Shown here in pieces: positions 29,574 to 39,986 of a DNA stretch of 64,000 nt. The notes under the pieces were generated by a model. The model saw only the letters and a program-made list of their open reading frames with translations. It ran no database searches and was not told the DNA's origin. This DNA is from Sedimentisphaerales bacterium (GTDB lineage Bacteria; Planctomycetota; Phycisphaerae; Sedimentisphaerales; SM23-30): contig CAXXFK010000029.1 of assembly GCA_963663965.2 (NCBI GenBank), positions 32,001-96,000 of the forward strand, in the 5' to 3' direction. Position 1 is the first letter of the stretch. Every line of letters begins with the position of its first letter. The position numbers and the translations under genes are program-made.

Positions 29574-30794
29574 TCAGGATGAGGTTAGGGGTGTGGGTGA
29601 TACGGCTGGATTGGGATTAACGGTGAACCAGTTTTGAGTTTTCAGGCAGAAACGGACGAGCATGAGCATGACCGGTACTTCGATCAAGACTCCAACCACG
29701 GTTGCGAGTGCGGCACCGGAGGAGAGGCCAAAGAGCATGGTGGCGGTGGCGATGGCCACTTCGAAATGGTTGGAAGCGCCGATCATGGCAGTGGGGGCGG
29801 CATCGGGATATTGGAGTTTGAGGAACCGGCTCATGACGTAACCCAGTCCGAAGATCAGAACGGTCTGAAGGAATAATGGAATGGCGATCCAGAGAATAGT
29901 TAGGGGATTGTTAAGAATCGTATCGCCTTTAAAGGAAAAGAGCAGGACCAGGGTGATCAACAGGGCGATGATGGTAATGGGTGTGAGAATATGGAGAAAT
30001 TTTTGCTTGAACCAGTCTACGCCTTTATGGGCGATGATCCATTTTCTGGAGAAGAATCCAGCCAGCAGCGGCAGTGCGACGTATATTGAGATGGACAGTA
30101 AGAGCGCCTGCCAGGGAACCGGCAACCGGCCCACTCCCAGCAGGAAACCGCCCAGCGGGCCGTAGAGGAAGAGCATGGTCAGGGAGTTGATGGCGACCAT
30201 GACCAGGGTATGGCCGTCATTGCCGCGGGCGAGATAGCCCCAGACCAGGACCATAGCGGTACAGGGGGCGATACCAAGCAGGATACACCCGGCCAGATAG
30301 CTGCGCCAGAGCGGCACTTCAAGCATTTTTACGCCATCGATGGCGACTACTGTTCCTTCGCCGTAGGTGGCGCCGATGGGCAGATCGAGTCCAAAGGGCA
30401 TTTTGACATGGTCAACGGCATCGGGGCCGATCAGGCCATGAAAAAGGAAGCCCAGGAAGAAGATGGCGATGGCGTACATGGTAAACGGTTTGATGGCCCA
30501 GTTGATGAACAGGGTGAGGGCGACGGGTTTAATGCTTTTTCCGGCCTGGAGTACTTCTTTAAAATCGATTTTGACCATAATGGGGTACATCATAAAGAAC
30601 AGGCAGATGGCAATCGGGATTGAGACCACGGGGGCGTTGTTGACCGAGATGGCCATGCCATCCAGCGCACGGGCCAGGCCGGGCGCGATTTTGCCCAGCG
30701 CAATCCCGCCAATGATGCAGAGTGCGACCCAGATGGTCAGGTAGCGTTCGAAGATGTTCATGGATTTGGTTGAGGGAATTTCGGGTGTGTTCAT
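29574..30794 (-). CDS. acr3: Acr3 family arsenite efflux transporter
   Basis: [50 protein letters not shown]. Confidence 0.95.
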   Translation of the reverse strand: MNTPEIPSTKSMNIFERYLTIWVALCIIGGIALGKIAPGLARALDGMAISVNNAPVVSIPIAICLFFMMYPIMVKIDFKEVLQAGKSIKPVALTLFINWAIKPFTMYAIAIFFLGFLFHGLIGPDAVDHVKMPFGLDLPIGATYGEGTVVAIDGVKMLEVPLWRSYLAGCILLGIAPCTAMVLVWGYLARGNDGHTLVMVAINSLTMLFLYGPLGGFLLGVGRLPVPWQALLLSISIYVALPLLAGFFSRKWIIAHKGVDWFKQKFLHILTPITIIALLITLVLLFSFKGDTILNNPLTILWIAIPLFLQTVLIFGLGYVMSRFLKLQYPDAAPTAMIGASNHFEVAIATATMLFGLSSGAALATVVGVLIEVPVMLMLVRFCLKTQNWFTVNPNPAVSPTPLTSS

Positions 30795-30820
30795 ATTATG
30801 TCTTTGATGAAATAAGATAT

Positions 30821-31645
30821 TCAAGATTTATATGCGGTGATGTTAACGCTAATAATATAATTGTTGAGTGTTTCGTTGGGTGGGAGTTCCGTTTTTACCA
30901 GGCGGTAGAGTGGGTCGTTGCAATCGGTCATGATATCCAGGTTATACTGTTTTTCTTCGATCTGAATATCGGTCAGGTTTGCCTGACGGATCAGCGCCCG
31001 TGAATCGTCGATGAGAATGGCGCCGGCAATACAGGCCACGCGGGCAGCCGCGGATTGCCGGATCGACTCTGGCAGCGGTTTTTTCAGGGCCAGATCGGAG
31101 ATACAGGCTTTGCCGCCGGGTTTCAGGACGCGGGCAATTTCGCGCCAGACCTGTGGTTTATCGGGTGAGAGGTTGATGACGCAATTGGAAATGACGACAT
31201 CAATCGAGTTATCAGCAACTGGCAGATGTTCAATTTCGCCCAATCTGAATTCCAAATTGGACAGACCGGTCTGACTGGTAAATATTGAGGTCGCGTTTCT
31301 GGCTTTCCGGAGCATTTCGGGGGTCATATCGACACCGATAGCCCTGCCAGCTGGCCCGATTTTCTGAGCGGCGATAAAGACATCCAGTCCGCCGCCACTG
31401 CCCAGGTCCAGCACTGTCTGGCCGGATTGGAGTTGGGCCAGCGCGGTGGGATTGCCGCAGGACAGGCCCATATCGGCGCCTTGAGGCAGATTGTCAAGAT
31501 CTTCATTGTTATAGCCAAGCGCCTGGGTGAGTTGATTGGAACAGCAATCCCCACTGCCGCAGCAGGAAGCAGATTGCCCTCGGGCAATAGCGGCATAACC
31601 TTGTCGAACGGTATCCCTGATCTGGTCGTTTTGATTGGTATTCAT
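30821..31645 (-). CDS. arsM: Arsenite S-adenosylmethionine methyltransferase
   Basis: [37 protein letters not shown]; start placed after arsR stop. Confidence 0.92.
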   Translation of the reverse strand: MNTNQNDQIRDTVRQGYAAIARGQSASCCGSGDCCSNQLTQALGYNNEDLDNLPQGADMGLSCGNPTALAQLQSGQTVLDLGSGGGLDVFIAAQKIGPAGRAIGVDMTPEMLRKARNATSIFTSQTGLSNLEFRLGEIEHLPVADNSIDVVISNCVINLSPDKPQVWREIARVLKPGGKACISDLALKKPLPESIRQSAAARVACIAGAILIDDSRALIRQANLTDIQIEEKQYNLDIMTDCNDPLYRLVKTELPPNETLNNYIISVNITAYKS

Positions 31646-31673
31646 GATTGTATCCATTGGTTCAAAGTGCGTG

Positions 31674-32015
31674 TTAATCCGTTTTTGTGTTGCAGGCTGA
31701 ATGTTGCAAACGCTTGAGGTCATCCAGAATGGCCGGGTGATCCAGGAAACAATTTTGCAGGCATTCATGCATGTGGGTGAGCCAGGGGGAATCGGGGTGA
31801 CAGAGTGAATAATAAGACCAGGTACCCTGGCGGCGTGCCTGAACGACACCAGAGGATCGCATGATACCCAGGTGGCGGGAGATTTTATATTCCGGTTCGG
31901 CCAGGGCTTCACAAAGCATGCAGACACATTGTTCGCCTTTGAGCGCCAGTATGACGGCCAGCCTCAGGCGGATGGGATCAGATAATACTTTGAAAAATTT
32001 TGCCTCCTGATTCAT
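31674..32015 (-). CDS. arsR: ArsR/SmtB family repressor
   Basis: FKVLSDPIRL, EQCVCML metal site, ISRHL, RRQGTWSYY. Confidence 0.92.
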   Translation of the reverse strand: MNQEAKFFKVLSDPIRLRLAVILALKGEQCVCMLCEALAEPEYKISRHLGIMRSSGVVQARRQGTWSYYSLCHPDSPWLTHMHECLQNCFLDHPAILDDLKRLQHSACNTKTD

Positions 32016-32027
32016 AATCGATCTCTG

Positions 32028-32061
32028 TATGTATATATGTGCATATATACATATAAGTCAA
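32028..32061 (-). promoter_or_regulatory. ars operator/promoter
   Basis: Perfect 12-2-12 inverted repeat TATGTATATATG-TG-CATATATACATA (32028-32053) next to -35 TTGACT (32056-32061, minus strand). Confidence 0.85.
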
Positions 32062-32125
32062 GGGAAAACCGAAGTCAGAATAGTTAAATTTCATTAACAC
32101 GTTGTTAATAAAACATTTATGATTT

Positions 32126-32812
32126 TTATAGTTTTTGTTTTTTGAGCAATACCGCAGCTTGTGCGACCCTGGTACCCAGGTTTTTTGCCGAGGCGATACC
32201 CAATTCATCTTTGGTAATATCATCTCCGGAGTTATTCCAGAGGGTAGCACCTTGATGGGCGCCGGGTTTGCCGCCGACTGCCATCACTTCGTGGCAAAGC
32301 ATCGTCATGAGTATCTGATCGATGACAAGTTCCTGGCCGCCATTGCGATAGCCGCCTACTGAAAGCGCGCCTACGGGCAAATCGGCCAGTAGTAGATTGG
32401 GTTTACGCAGGACAGCGAGCCGTTCGAGAAATGCTTTACAGAGTGAGCTGAGCGTGCGGAAATAGACGGGGGATCCGATAATAATGCCACCGAGATTAGG
32501 ATTCTGGAATTCGGGCAGGACTTTGGCAGTAAAATCGTCAGAGTTAGCCGGGGTCTGGTCTGATGGTCCCGGGTGGCCGGCAATGTTCATTCCGCCCAGA
32601 TCGATCAGTCTGGTCTGGACGTTGTCATTGACGATGCGGGCGGCATCCAGGGCGAGCTGAACGGAAGTCGCGGTGGTTTTGCCCGGGCGGGGGCTGGCGC
32701 TGATGCCCAGGATCATGATGGGCTTGGCCGGGGGGGTTTGAGCCGGGGAGTTGGAGGCTAACGCGGTGATACCGGCTGCCGCGCCGGCGGTGATGAAGTG
32801 TCTTCTGTCCAT
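32126..32812 (-). CDS. Flavodoxin-fold FMN reductase family protein with Tat signal
   Basis: MDRRHFIT twin-Arg leader; ISASPRPGKTT, GSPVYF, GGYRNGGQE. Confidence 0.8.
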   Translation of the reverse strand: MDRRHFITAGAAAGITALASNSPAQTPPAKPIMILGISASPRPGKTTATSVQLALDAARIVNDNVQTRLIDLGGMNIAGHPGPSDQTPANSDDFTAKVLPEFQNPNLGGIIIGSPVYFRTLSSLCKAFLERLAVLRKPNLLLADLPVGALSVGGYRNGGQELVIDQILMTMLCHEVMAVGGKPGAHQGATLWNNSGDDITKDELGIASAKNLGTRVAQAAVLLKKQKL

Positions 32813-33027
32813 AGCGGGTTTCCTTAATTAAAAGTTATAACAGCCGAGTTGACTACGGAAAAACTCGGAAAAAAGGCATAGCGGGGTGGATTGCTGGGTG
32901 GATGGTGATGAGCGATGAATATCAATGGGGTATTCGTTGTGCTTGTGGATTTTCAGATCAGTCCACCACGGCGGATCCAGGACGTGGGCAAATTTGAAAT
33001 TTGCCCATCTACATTGGCCGGTGAAAT

Positions 33028-34242
33028 TTATGGTATATTTTTTGCGAACATATCAATGGCGGTTTGTTGGAAGGCATTTTGGGCTTGTTCTCCTTTACCT
33101 GGAAAGCCATCATGTTGCACGAGCCAGATGAAAATCAGGCCATTTTGCGTATTGGCGTAGCTGTTGGTAGAATAAGCGCCGCGGTGGCCGAAGGTGGTTT
33201 CGCTGACCGAGAAGCCCAGGCCATAGTTCTGGGGTATTTCCGGCGGGGTCTGCCGACGGATTAACTGTTTCACCGCGGCCTTCGATAAATAGCGCTTTCC
33301 GGCCAGTTCGCCTCCATTGAGGAGCATCTGATAGAAAAGGGTAATGTCATGAGCGGTCGAAAAGAGTCCGCCGGCCGGCATGGGAAATCGCGTTGAGCGA
33401 TCGGATAAGGGATAATACAACTGGCTGATCGTTGTTTCCTCCAAACCCTGCCTTTTCGGACCCGGCCGGTACGATCTGGCGATACGCGGCAACTGCTCTT
33501 CGCCGGGCCAAAAAGTGGTATCCTTCATGCCCAATGGCTGAAACAGCCGTTCGTCCAGGAACCGTTCATAGGGTATCGCCGTTACGACTTCAATAATCCG
33601 TGCGGCCGTGTTTATGCCCGCGTTGCTGTACAGGTACTTGCTGTCCGGTTCAAATTCCAGCGGGGTCATGGCATAGCTGCGCACGCGTGCGGCCAGCGGA
33701 TCACGGTCCAACGTCGGGACTTCCAAGGCCGATTGGAAAGGCAAACCACTGGTGTGCGAGAGGATGTTCTTTACCGTGATCGGATGGCCCGGACGACGGA
33801 GCAGAACGTGTTCGGCATCCTTTTCCGCTATGACCATCTGGCCGTGAAACTCAGGCAGGTATTTCTCTACGGGGTCCTCCAGATTCACCTTGCCTTCGTC
33901 CACCAGTATCATCAGCGCCGTGGCCGCGACAGGCTTGGACTGCGAGGCGATCCAGAATATCGAGTTTGTCTGCATCGGCTTGCGGGCCGCAATGTCCGCC
34001 CAGCCGACAGCCTCGATTGCCAGCACCTTGTCCTGGTTGGCGACCAGCATCACCGCACCGGCCAGTTCATGGGAATCCACGAACGGCTGTACAGCAGTCG
34101 TCAGTCGTTCATCCGGCTGGAGGCAGAAACTGACGGGAGCAAGCATCAGTACGCACAAGACAAAAGCCGCGGCAATGGTTTTCGGTTTTCTTATCTGGAA
34201 CATAGAGGCTGTTTTCCAAAAATGGTGGTTTTGTCTGATCAA
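33028..34242 (-). CDS. Serine hydrolase (beta-lactamase/AmpC-like family)
   Basis: SxxK (SQSK), LSHTSG, YSN, PLGMKDT, PAGGL, HRG. Confidence 0.9.
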   Translation of the reverse strand: MIRQNHHFWKTASMFQIRKPKTIAAAFVLCVLMLAPVSFCLQPDERLTTAVQPFVDSHELAGAVMLVANQDKVLAIEAVGWADIAARKPMQTNSIFWIASQSKPVAATALMILVDEGKVNLEDPVEKYLPEFHGQMVIAEKDAEHVLLRRPGHPITVKNILSHTSGLPFQSALEVPTLDRDPLAARVRSYAMTPLEFEPDSKYLYSNAGINTAARIIEVVTAIPYERFLDERLFQPLGMKDTTFWPGEEQLPRIARSYRPGPKRQGLEETTISQLYYPLSDRSTRFPMPAGGLFSTAHDITLFYQMLLNGGELAGKRYLSKAAVKQLIRRQTPPEIPQNYGLGFSVSETTFGHRGAYSTNSYANTQNGLIFIWLVQHDGFPGKGEQAQNAFQQTAIDMFAKNIP

Positions 34243-34755
34243 CGTATTAAAGTGCTACTCCATAGATATTTATCTCCCGACGTAACGGGAAAATTCAATT
34301 GGTAAGGGAAAAATACGGTAAAAATTCACAATGAAATCTGTAGAGCAAACAGCGATTTTACAAAGTCGCATTCACATCGTCAAGACAACTTGCCGTGCTC
34401 GATTCTCCTCAAATTCTGTATGTGGTTTTCATGTCTCTGAAGAGCCGCCGGCCTCGATTAAAATGCTCATGTGGCCCAAACTAGTTGCGTTTGAGCCCAG
34501 GAATCTGTCCGAGTGGTTACTATCGAGTTTCTCGCTGCCGGTTGAGTTGGTGAATCCGAACGCGTCTGAGGCAAAAGGGCCGCCCTGAAAAGGCGTTCCG
34601 GATTGCAGGCGGTCTGGATTTCGTTTAGAAGCTGGCTACTGTTATAGTAATGGGGCTTGTTAAAACCGGATATTCTGCTAGAATGGCCGAATTCTCGTTT
34701 TCTGTTGGCATTTTCAGAAAACTGACCAGAAAAAGATATCACGAAAAGGATTTTT

Positions 34756-36084
34756 ATGGCTATGGTTCAAGATTTGTTGAGAGGGTATTTCCGGATTTCG
34801 CTGGTGGCGCGGATTCTGGTTTGTCTGGTGGCGGGGGCGAGCGTGGGGATTGTCTTATGGCTGGTATCGGAGCGTACGGGGATGGATTTTGGCGGGGCGA
34901 TTCGGGTGATCGCGCCGTTCGGTAATGTGTTTGTCTATATGCTCAAGATGATCGTGGTGCCGGTAATTTTCTTTTCACTGGTACTGGGCGCCGGGAGTTT
35001 GCCGCTGAAGAAATTTGGCATGGTCGGGGCAAAAACGGTGGGGTGGTATTTTCTGACCTCGGTGTTCGCGGCGGTCCTGGGGGCCGGACTGGCGCTGGCG
35101 GTGAATCCGGGATCGGGGAGCGGGCTTTCGGATTGGAATGTGATGGCGTCCGGATTGTCGGCACAGGCACAGGAGATCGGTTCGGCCCAACAGGGAGAGG
35201 GGAGCTTTACGGCCTTGCTGTACAGCATGTTCCAGAATCCGTTTCAAGCGCTGGCGGAGGGGAATTTTCTGCCGATTATCGTATTTGCCATTCTGTTCGG
35301 GCTGGCGATGCGGGTTTGTATGGAATCGGATGAAAACGCCCCGCGCGTGGCGCATTTGCAGCAGTTGATGCATTTGCTGGAGGCCTGCCGGGACGCGATC
35401 TTCAAGATTGTGGACTGGGTGCTGGAATATTCGCCGGTTGGGGTGCTGGCGTTGACGATCGTGAATTTCGCGCTGTACGGTCCCAAGATTGTGGGCCCTT
35501 ACGTGAGTATTACCCTGGGGGTGATCGGCGGGATTGCCGGTATGGTTCTGGTGGTCTATCCGGTGTTGATGTGGGTGGTGACGCGCCATAATCCGTTTGT
35601 TGTACTGAAGAAGATTCAGGAGGCGATGATCATGGCCTTTATGACGCGCAGCAGCGCGGCGACGCTGCCGGTATCGATGAAAGTTGCCAGCGATGATCTG
35701 CGGATTCAGGATGAGTTGTCGAGTTTTTCGTTGCCGCTGGGGGCGACGATTAATATGGATGGGGTTTGTGTGCATCTGCCGATGTTCGCGGTGCTGGCGG
35801 CGAATATGTTCGGGATCGAACTGACGGCTTATCGTCTTTTTGTGCTGGTGATGACGACGGTGCTGGCCTCGGTGGGTGCGGGCGGGGTGCCGGGCGGCAG
35901 TTTGATGCTGCTATTCATTGTTTTGCGGACGATGGGACTGGAAACCGGGCAGGTTTCGGTCATTATCGCGCTGGCATTGGGGATCAATCCGGTGCTGGAT
36001 ATGTTTGAGACGATGAATAATGTGACGGGGGATCTGGTGTGTACCTATACCGTGGCGAGCCGGGAGAAATTGATTGTGGAATAA
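34756..36084 (+). CDS. Dicarboxylate/amino acid:cation symporter (DAACS)
   Basis: LKMIVVP, TRSSAATLP, PLGATINMDG, GAGGVPG, DMFETMNNVTGD. Confidence 0.93.
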   Translation: MAMVQDLLRGYFRISLVARILVCLVAGASVGIVLWLVSERTGMDFGGAIRVIAPFGNVFVYMLKMIVVPVIFFSLVLGAGSLPLKKFGMVGAKTVGWYFLTSVFAAVLGAGLALAVNPGSGSGLSDWNVMASGLSAQAQEIGSAQQGEGSFTALLYSMFQNPFQALAEGNFLPIIVFAILFGLAMRVCMESDENAPRVAHLQQLMHLLEACRDAIFKIVDWVLEYSPVGVLALTIVNFALYGPKIVGPYVSITLGVIGGIAGMVLVVYPVLMWVVTRHNPFVVLKKIQEAMIMAFMTRSSAATLPVSMKVASDDLRIQDELSSFSLPLGATINMDGVCVHLPMFAVLAANMFGIELTAYRLFVLVMTTVLASVGAGGVPGGSLMLLFIVLRTMGLETGQVSVIIALALGINPVLDMFETMNNVTGDLVCTYTVASREKLIVE

Positions 36085-36257
36085 GTGTATTATGTAAGGT
36101 GATCACTCCGTCAATTTCAAGAGAGGGCTTCCGGAACTTTGTTTTTGTGCAGAATGGATAGCAAAAACGCGCAAATTGGAACCTGACTGAGCAAACATCT
36201 TGATTAAAATAGCGATTTTTATTAAAATAGTGGTGTAATTCACTATCCTACTGGAGA

Positions 36258-38426
36258 ATGAGAATAATGAAAAAGCATTTTTCGGACGTTCTGAACGCAT
36301 CGGTTTTATTCCTGTTTATTCCGGCATTGGCCTGGGCGGTTCCGGCTTTTCCGGGCGCGGAAGGGTATGGCGCGACGGCCACTGGCGGCCGGGGCGGGGC
36401 GGTCTATATCGTTACGAATCTGAACGATTCCGGGGCGGGATCGCTACGGGATGCCTTGAATCATAATGTGCCGCGTACGATTGTTTTTCGGGTGTCGGGA
36501 ACGATCCATCTGAACTCGAATCTGGATGTGAGATACCCTAATGTGACGATTGCCGGGCAGACGGCGCCGGGGGATGGCATCTGCATTGCCAATGGCTCTT
36601 TGTCTGCGGGTTATGATAATGTGATTATCCGATATATTCGCTGCCGGTTGGGCGATCAGTGGCCGGATGGTACTGATAACAGCGATACGGACGCCTCGTG
36701 GGGACGGTATGGCAACACGATGATTTTCGATCATGTGACGGCGAGCTGGTCGGTTGATGAGGCGTTTTCGTATTATGCCAACAAAAATTTTACGGCTCAG
36801 TGGTGTCTGATTTCGGAAAGCCTTCGCTACTCGCATCATGAAAAAGGGGCGCACGGCTATGGCGGGATCTGGGGGGGGACCAACAGTTCGTGGCACCATA
36901 ATCTGCTGGCGCATCACAGTTCGCGCAATCCGCGAATTGAAGGGGATGTGGTGAACAATGTGGATATGCGGAATAATGTTATTTACAACTGGGGTTTTAA
37001 CAGCTGTTACGGGGGTGAGAAGGCAACGGTTAATATTGTCAACTGCTACTATAAATATGGCCCGGCGACCAGTTCGGGGGTGCGATATCGGATCGTTAAT
37101 CCCAGTCTGCAAAAGGATACTTCGGGATCAGCGGTGGCGCCGCATGTATATGGACAATGGTTTGTCGATGGCAATTATGTTCATGGGAGTACCGGTGTGA
37201 CCAGTGATAACTGGCTGGGGGTTAATCCTGAAGGGGGGAGCGCCGAGCGGAGTCTGTGCCGCGCCGAAGCGGCATTTCCGGTGGCTACGGTCTATCCAGT
37301 GACCACGCAGTCGGCCCAGGCGGCATATGAACTGGTGCTGGATGAGGCGGGTTGCAGCCTGGTGAGGGATTCGGTGGATCGTCGTATTATTAATGAAGTG
37401 AGAACTGGAACCGCTACTTACGGGGGAGTGACCGGGGCGGGACTGGGGATTATTGATTCGCAGGATACGGTGGGTGGGTGGCCGGAACTGAACGCGCGGC
37501 CGGCCCTGTCGGATCGTGATGATGATGGGATGCCCGATGTATGGGAGACGCCCCGGGGGCTAAATCCTGACAATGCTGCCGACCGGAATGGTGATCGCGA
37601 TGGTGATGGCTATACTAATCTGGAAGAGTATCTCAACTGGTTGTGTACGCCGGCCGCCCGGGCGGATATTAACCGGAACTGTACGGTTGACCTGGGGGAT
37701 TTTGCTGACCTGACGGCTTGCTGGAGAACTGAGCCCGGTGATGAGGACTGGAATCCGTATTGTGATATTGCCCGGCCGGCTGACGCGATCATTGATCTCG
37801 CCGATTTGCTGGCGCTGGTAGAGAACTGGCAACCGCAGCCTAAACAGGAGGAGACCCTTACGACCACGATCCATATTGCCGCCAGCCAAGGGAAGGCTAT
37901 TCAATACAAGAATGATAGCGGCGGGTGGATTTCGGAAACACGGCTCAAGACGCGGTCTTCGGGTAGTTGGAATGATGATCCGGGATTGAATACGCTGGAC
38001 GCCAATAAATCTTACTTGCAGTTCGATCTTTCGGGAGTGGCGGGCACTATTAACCGCGCAACTCTGACAATTTATGCTATTACGGACGCCAAATCGTATA
38101 CTGTCAATGGGTTGAATGATGGTATGGATGAAACCTGGCGGGCCGATACGATCAACTGGTTTACCGCGCCGGGTAATGATACCATGAGCGGTTCCGGGCT
38201 GGATGCGAGCCAGACCATTTTGTTGTATTCTGTCAGCTCGACGGTAGCAGATGGGGCGGCAAGCAGCGACGTGACTTCATTTGTTAAGGCGGATACGGAT
38301 GGTCTGGTAACCTTTATCCTGACTCCGGGTGGGACGACGTATCTGTATAATATTATCGAGGGGAGCTATTATAAATCGGATTATATTCCGGTATTGACGC
38401 TGGAAGGGGAATTTAATTCAAAATAG
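36258..38426 (+). CDS. Pectate lyase (PL1-like) with dockerin-like and C-terminal DNRLRE/CBM-like domain
   Basis: PAFPGAEGYG..ATGGRGG, TIAGQTAPG, SWSVDE, SRNPR, DGMPDVWE, GYTNLEEYLN, ADINRNCTVDLGDF, SYLQFDLS. Confidence 0.88.
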   Translation: MRIMKKHFSDVLNASVLFLFIPALAWAVPAFPGAEGYGATATGGRGGAVYIVTNLNDSGAGSLRDALNHNVPRTIVFRVSGTIHLNSNLDVRYPNVTIAGQTAPGDGICIANGSLSAGYDNVIIRYIRCRLGDQWPDGTDNSDTDASWGRYGNTMIFDHVTASWSVDEAFSYYANKNFTAQWCLISESLRYSHHEKGAHGYGGIWGGTNSSWHHNLLAHHSSRNPRIEGDVVNNVDMRNNVIYNWGFNSCYGGEKATVNIVNCYYKYGPATSSGVRYRIVNPSLQKDTSGSAVAPHVYGQWFVDGNYVHGSTGVTSDNWLGVNPEGGSAERSLCRAEAAFPVATVYPVTTQSAQAAYELVLDEAGCSLVRDSVDRRIINEVRTGTATYGGVTGAGLGIIDSQDTVGGWPELNARPALSDRDDDGMPDVWETPRGLNPDNAADRNGDRDGDGYTNLEEYLNWLCTPAARADINRNCTVDLGDFADLTACWRTEPGDEDWNPYCDIARPADAIIDLADLLALVENWQPQPKQEETLTTTIHIAASQGKAIQYKNDSGGWISETRLKTRSSGSWNDDPGLNTLDANKSYLQFDLSGVAGTINRATLTIYAITDAKSYTVNGLNDGMDETWRADTINWFTAPGNDTMSGSGLDASQTILLYSVSSTVADGAASSDVTSFVKADTDGLVTFILTPGGTTYLYNIIEGSYYKSDYIPVLTLEGEFNSK

Positions 38427-38469
38427 TCAATTGTAAATACGGTGTTTTGTTACCAGGAACAGGTGATTC

Positions 38470-39645
38470 TCAGGTGGTGGTGCGGGTACCGTACTTCTTA
38501 CGGTAAGCCAGGGGGGTCATGCCTTTAAATTTTCGGAAGTAGCGTGAGATGTGATTGGCCTGGGAAAAGCCGATCGAGGAGGCGATGTCGGTTATGGATA
38601 AATTGGAATTGACCAGCATATCCGCGATTTTATCGATGCAGTTGCGTTTGATTTCCAGGGCGACCGAGCAGCCAACGGTTTTTTTGAATCTCTTTTGCAA
38701 GCTGTTTATGGACAGGCCGACCTGTTCGGCGACATCTGCGACCTGAAGCAGGCCGGTTGAATGATGGCGGATGAAATTCATGGCCCTGGCGATTTCATCG
38801 TCTTCGATGGTAGTAAAATCGGTGGACTGCCGGGCTACCACGGTATTGGGTTCAATGGTGATGATCTGTTCGGCGGGGCGGACCTCGCCATTCATCATTT
38901 TGTCGAGCAGTCTGGCCGCTTCAAAACCCGCCCTGCGGTAACCCAGGGCCACGCTGGAGATCCTGGGGATCTGGGTTTCACAGATGGTCCGGGTGTTATT
39001 GATACCGAGGACGGCGATTTGCTGGGGGACCAGCAGTTTGGCAATGCCACAGGCCCTGAGGATGTTCACTGCCAGGATGTCATCGCCGGCCATAATCGCC
39101 GCCGGTTTGGGAAGCGATTTGAGCCAGTCGGCCAGGGTGTTGATTTCCTGGTTCCATGTCGAGAGGTTTTCCGACCTTGGGTAAACGATGGCGCTGACGG
39201 GAAAGCCGGAATCCTTCAGGCAGCCGGCGAAACTCTGGGCGCGTTCTCGCATGGGTACTACATTTTTGTGAATGTAATACCCGTAAAATTTAAAACCCCG
39301 GGTCATAAAATGGTCGGCGGCCATTTTGCCGATAGCGGGTCCGTTACCGATGATGGCCGGCCAGCCGGGGATTCTTTCTTTCAGGTTTCTGTGGATGATG
39401 ATCGGGACTTTCAGATGGAGAATATTTCTAAGATTTTTTCGTGAGTTGGGGACGATCAGGCCATCGGGTTTGAAACTTTTGAGCCATTTGTAAATTTCGA
39501 TATCATCCGCTTCGAATTGAAGCGAGAGGGGCGAATATAAAAGCCACTGGCGATGCAAGGAGGCGTATTCCACGAACCCATCCCAAAGACCCCGGTCTTC
39601 CCGGGGAGAATAAAGAAATACGACTTTTTTTACAGGACGATGCAG
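38470..39645 (-). CDS. XylR-like regulator (periplasmic-binding-type domain + AraC HTH)
   Basis: LPKPAAIMA, VPQQIAVLG, RQSTD, IGFSQANHISRYFRKFKGMTP; frame stays open upstream of GTG 39573 to ~39654 (LHRPVKKVVFL); true start uncertain. Confidence 0.88.
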   Translation of the reverse strand: MHRPVKKVVFLYSPREDRGLWDGFVEYASLHRQWLLYSPLSLQFEADDIEIYKWLKSFKPDGLIVPNSRKNLRNILHLKVPIIIHRNLKERIPGWPAIIGNGPAIGKMAADHFMTRGFKFYGYYIHKNVVPMRERAQSFAGCLKDSGFPVSAIVYPRSENLSTWNQEINTLADWLKSLPKPAAIMAGDDILAVNILRACGIAKLLVPQQIAVLGINNTRTICETQIPRISSVALGYRRAGFEAARLLDKMMNGEVRPAEQIITIEPNTVVARQSTDFTTIEDDEIARAMNFIRHHSTGLLQVADVAEQVGLSINSLQKRFKKTVGCSVALEIKRNCIDKIADMLVNSNLSITDIASSIGFSQANHISRYFRKFKGMTPLAYRKKYGTRTTT

Positions 39646-39986
39646 GGGAGTAACTCACAAATTAAATAAGATGATACATTAGAAAACCTTGTTTTCTTAT
39701 GAACGAAAACAAACATGCTATCTATGTTAATTTGATATTTGAGAATATGCAATTCAATTTTAATTAACAGACTCGTATCGATTTTTTCTATTAAGAGGCA
39801 GCGTCTTCAAATGTCAGGAGGCAGAAAATGGTGGAATTATCGTTACAATTTGGTGTGTATTGACGAGAATAATTATTATAATATGATAAAACAGATGGCG
39901 TTTGGCAGTGATAGCTACTTGCATAGCCAGTACGATTTTGTTATGCCCATCTAAATGAAAGTCACCAGAAAGAAAACGATATCAAT

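Noticed and set aside
31646..31927. N-terminal extension of the 368-aa arsM ORF
   Set aside because: Overlaps arsR in another frame; family similarity starts near 31645
33028..34242. Bona fide antibiotic-resistance beta-lactamase
   Set aside because: Motifs fit the broad serine hydrolase/esterase family (HRG rather than KTG); activity cannot be inferred
34540..34620. Hairpin upstream of the DAACS gene as a glycine or other riboswitch
   Set aside because: No recognisable aptamer motifs, and a likely extended -10 promoter (TGCTAGAAT, ~34676) lies downstream of it
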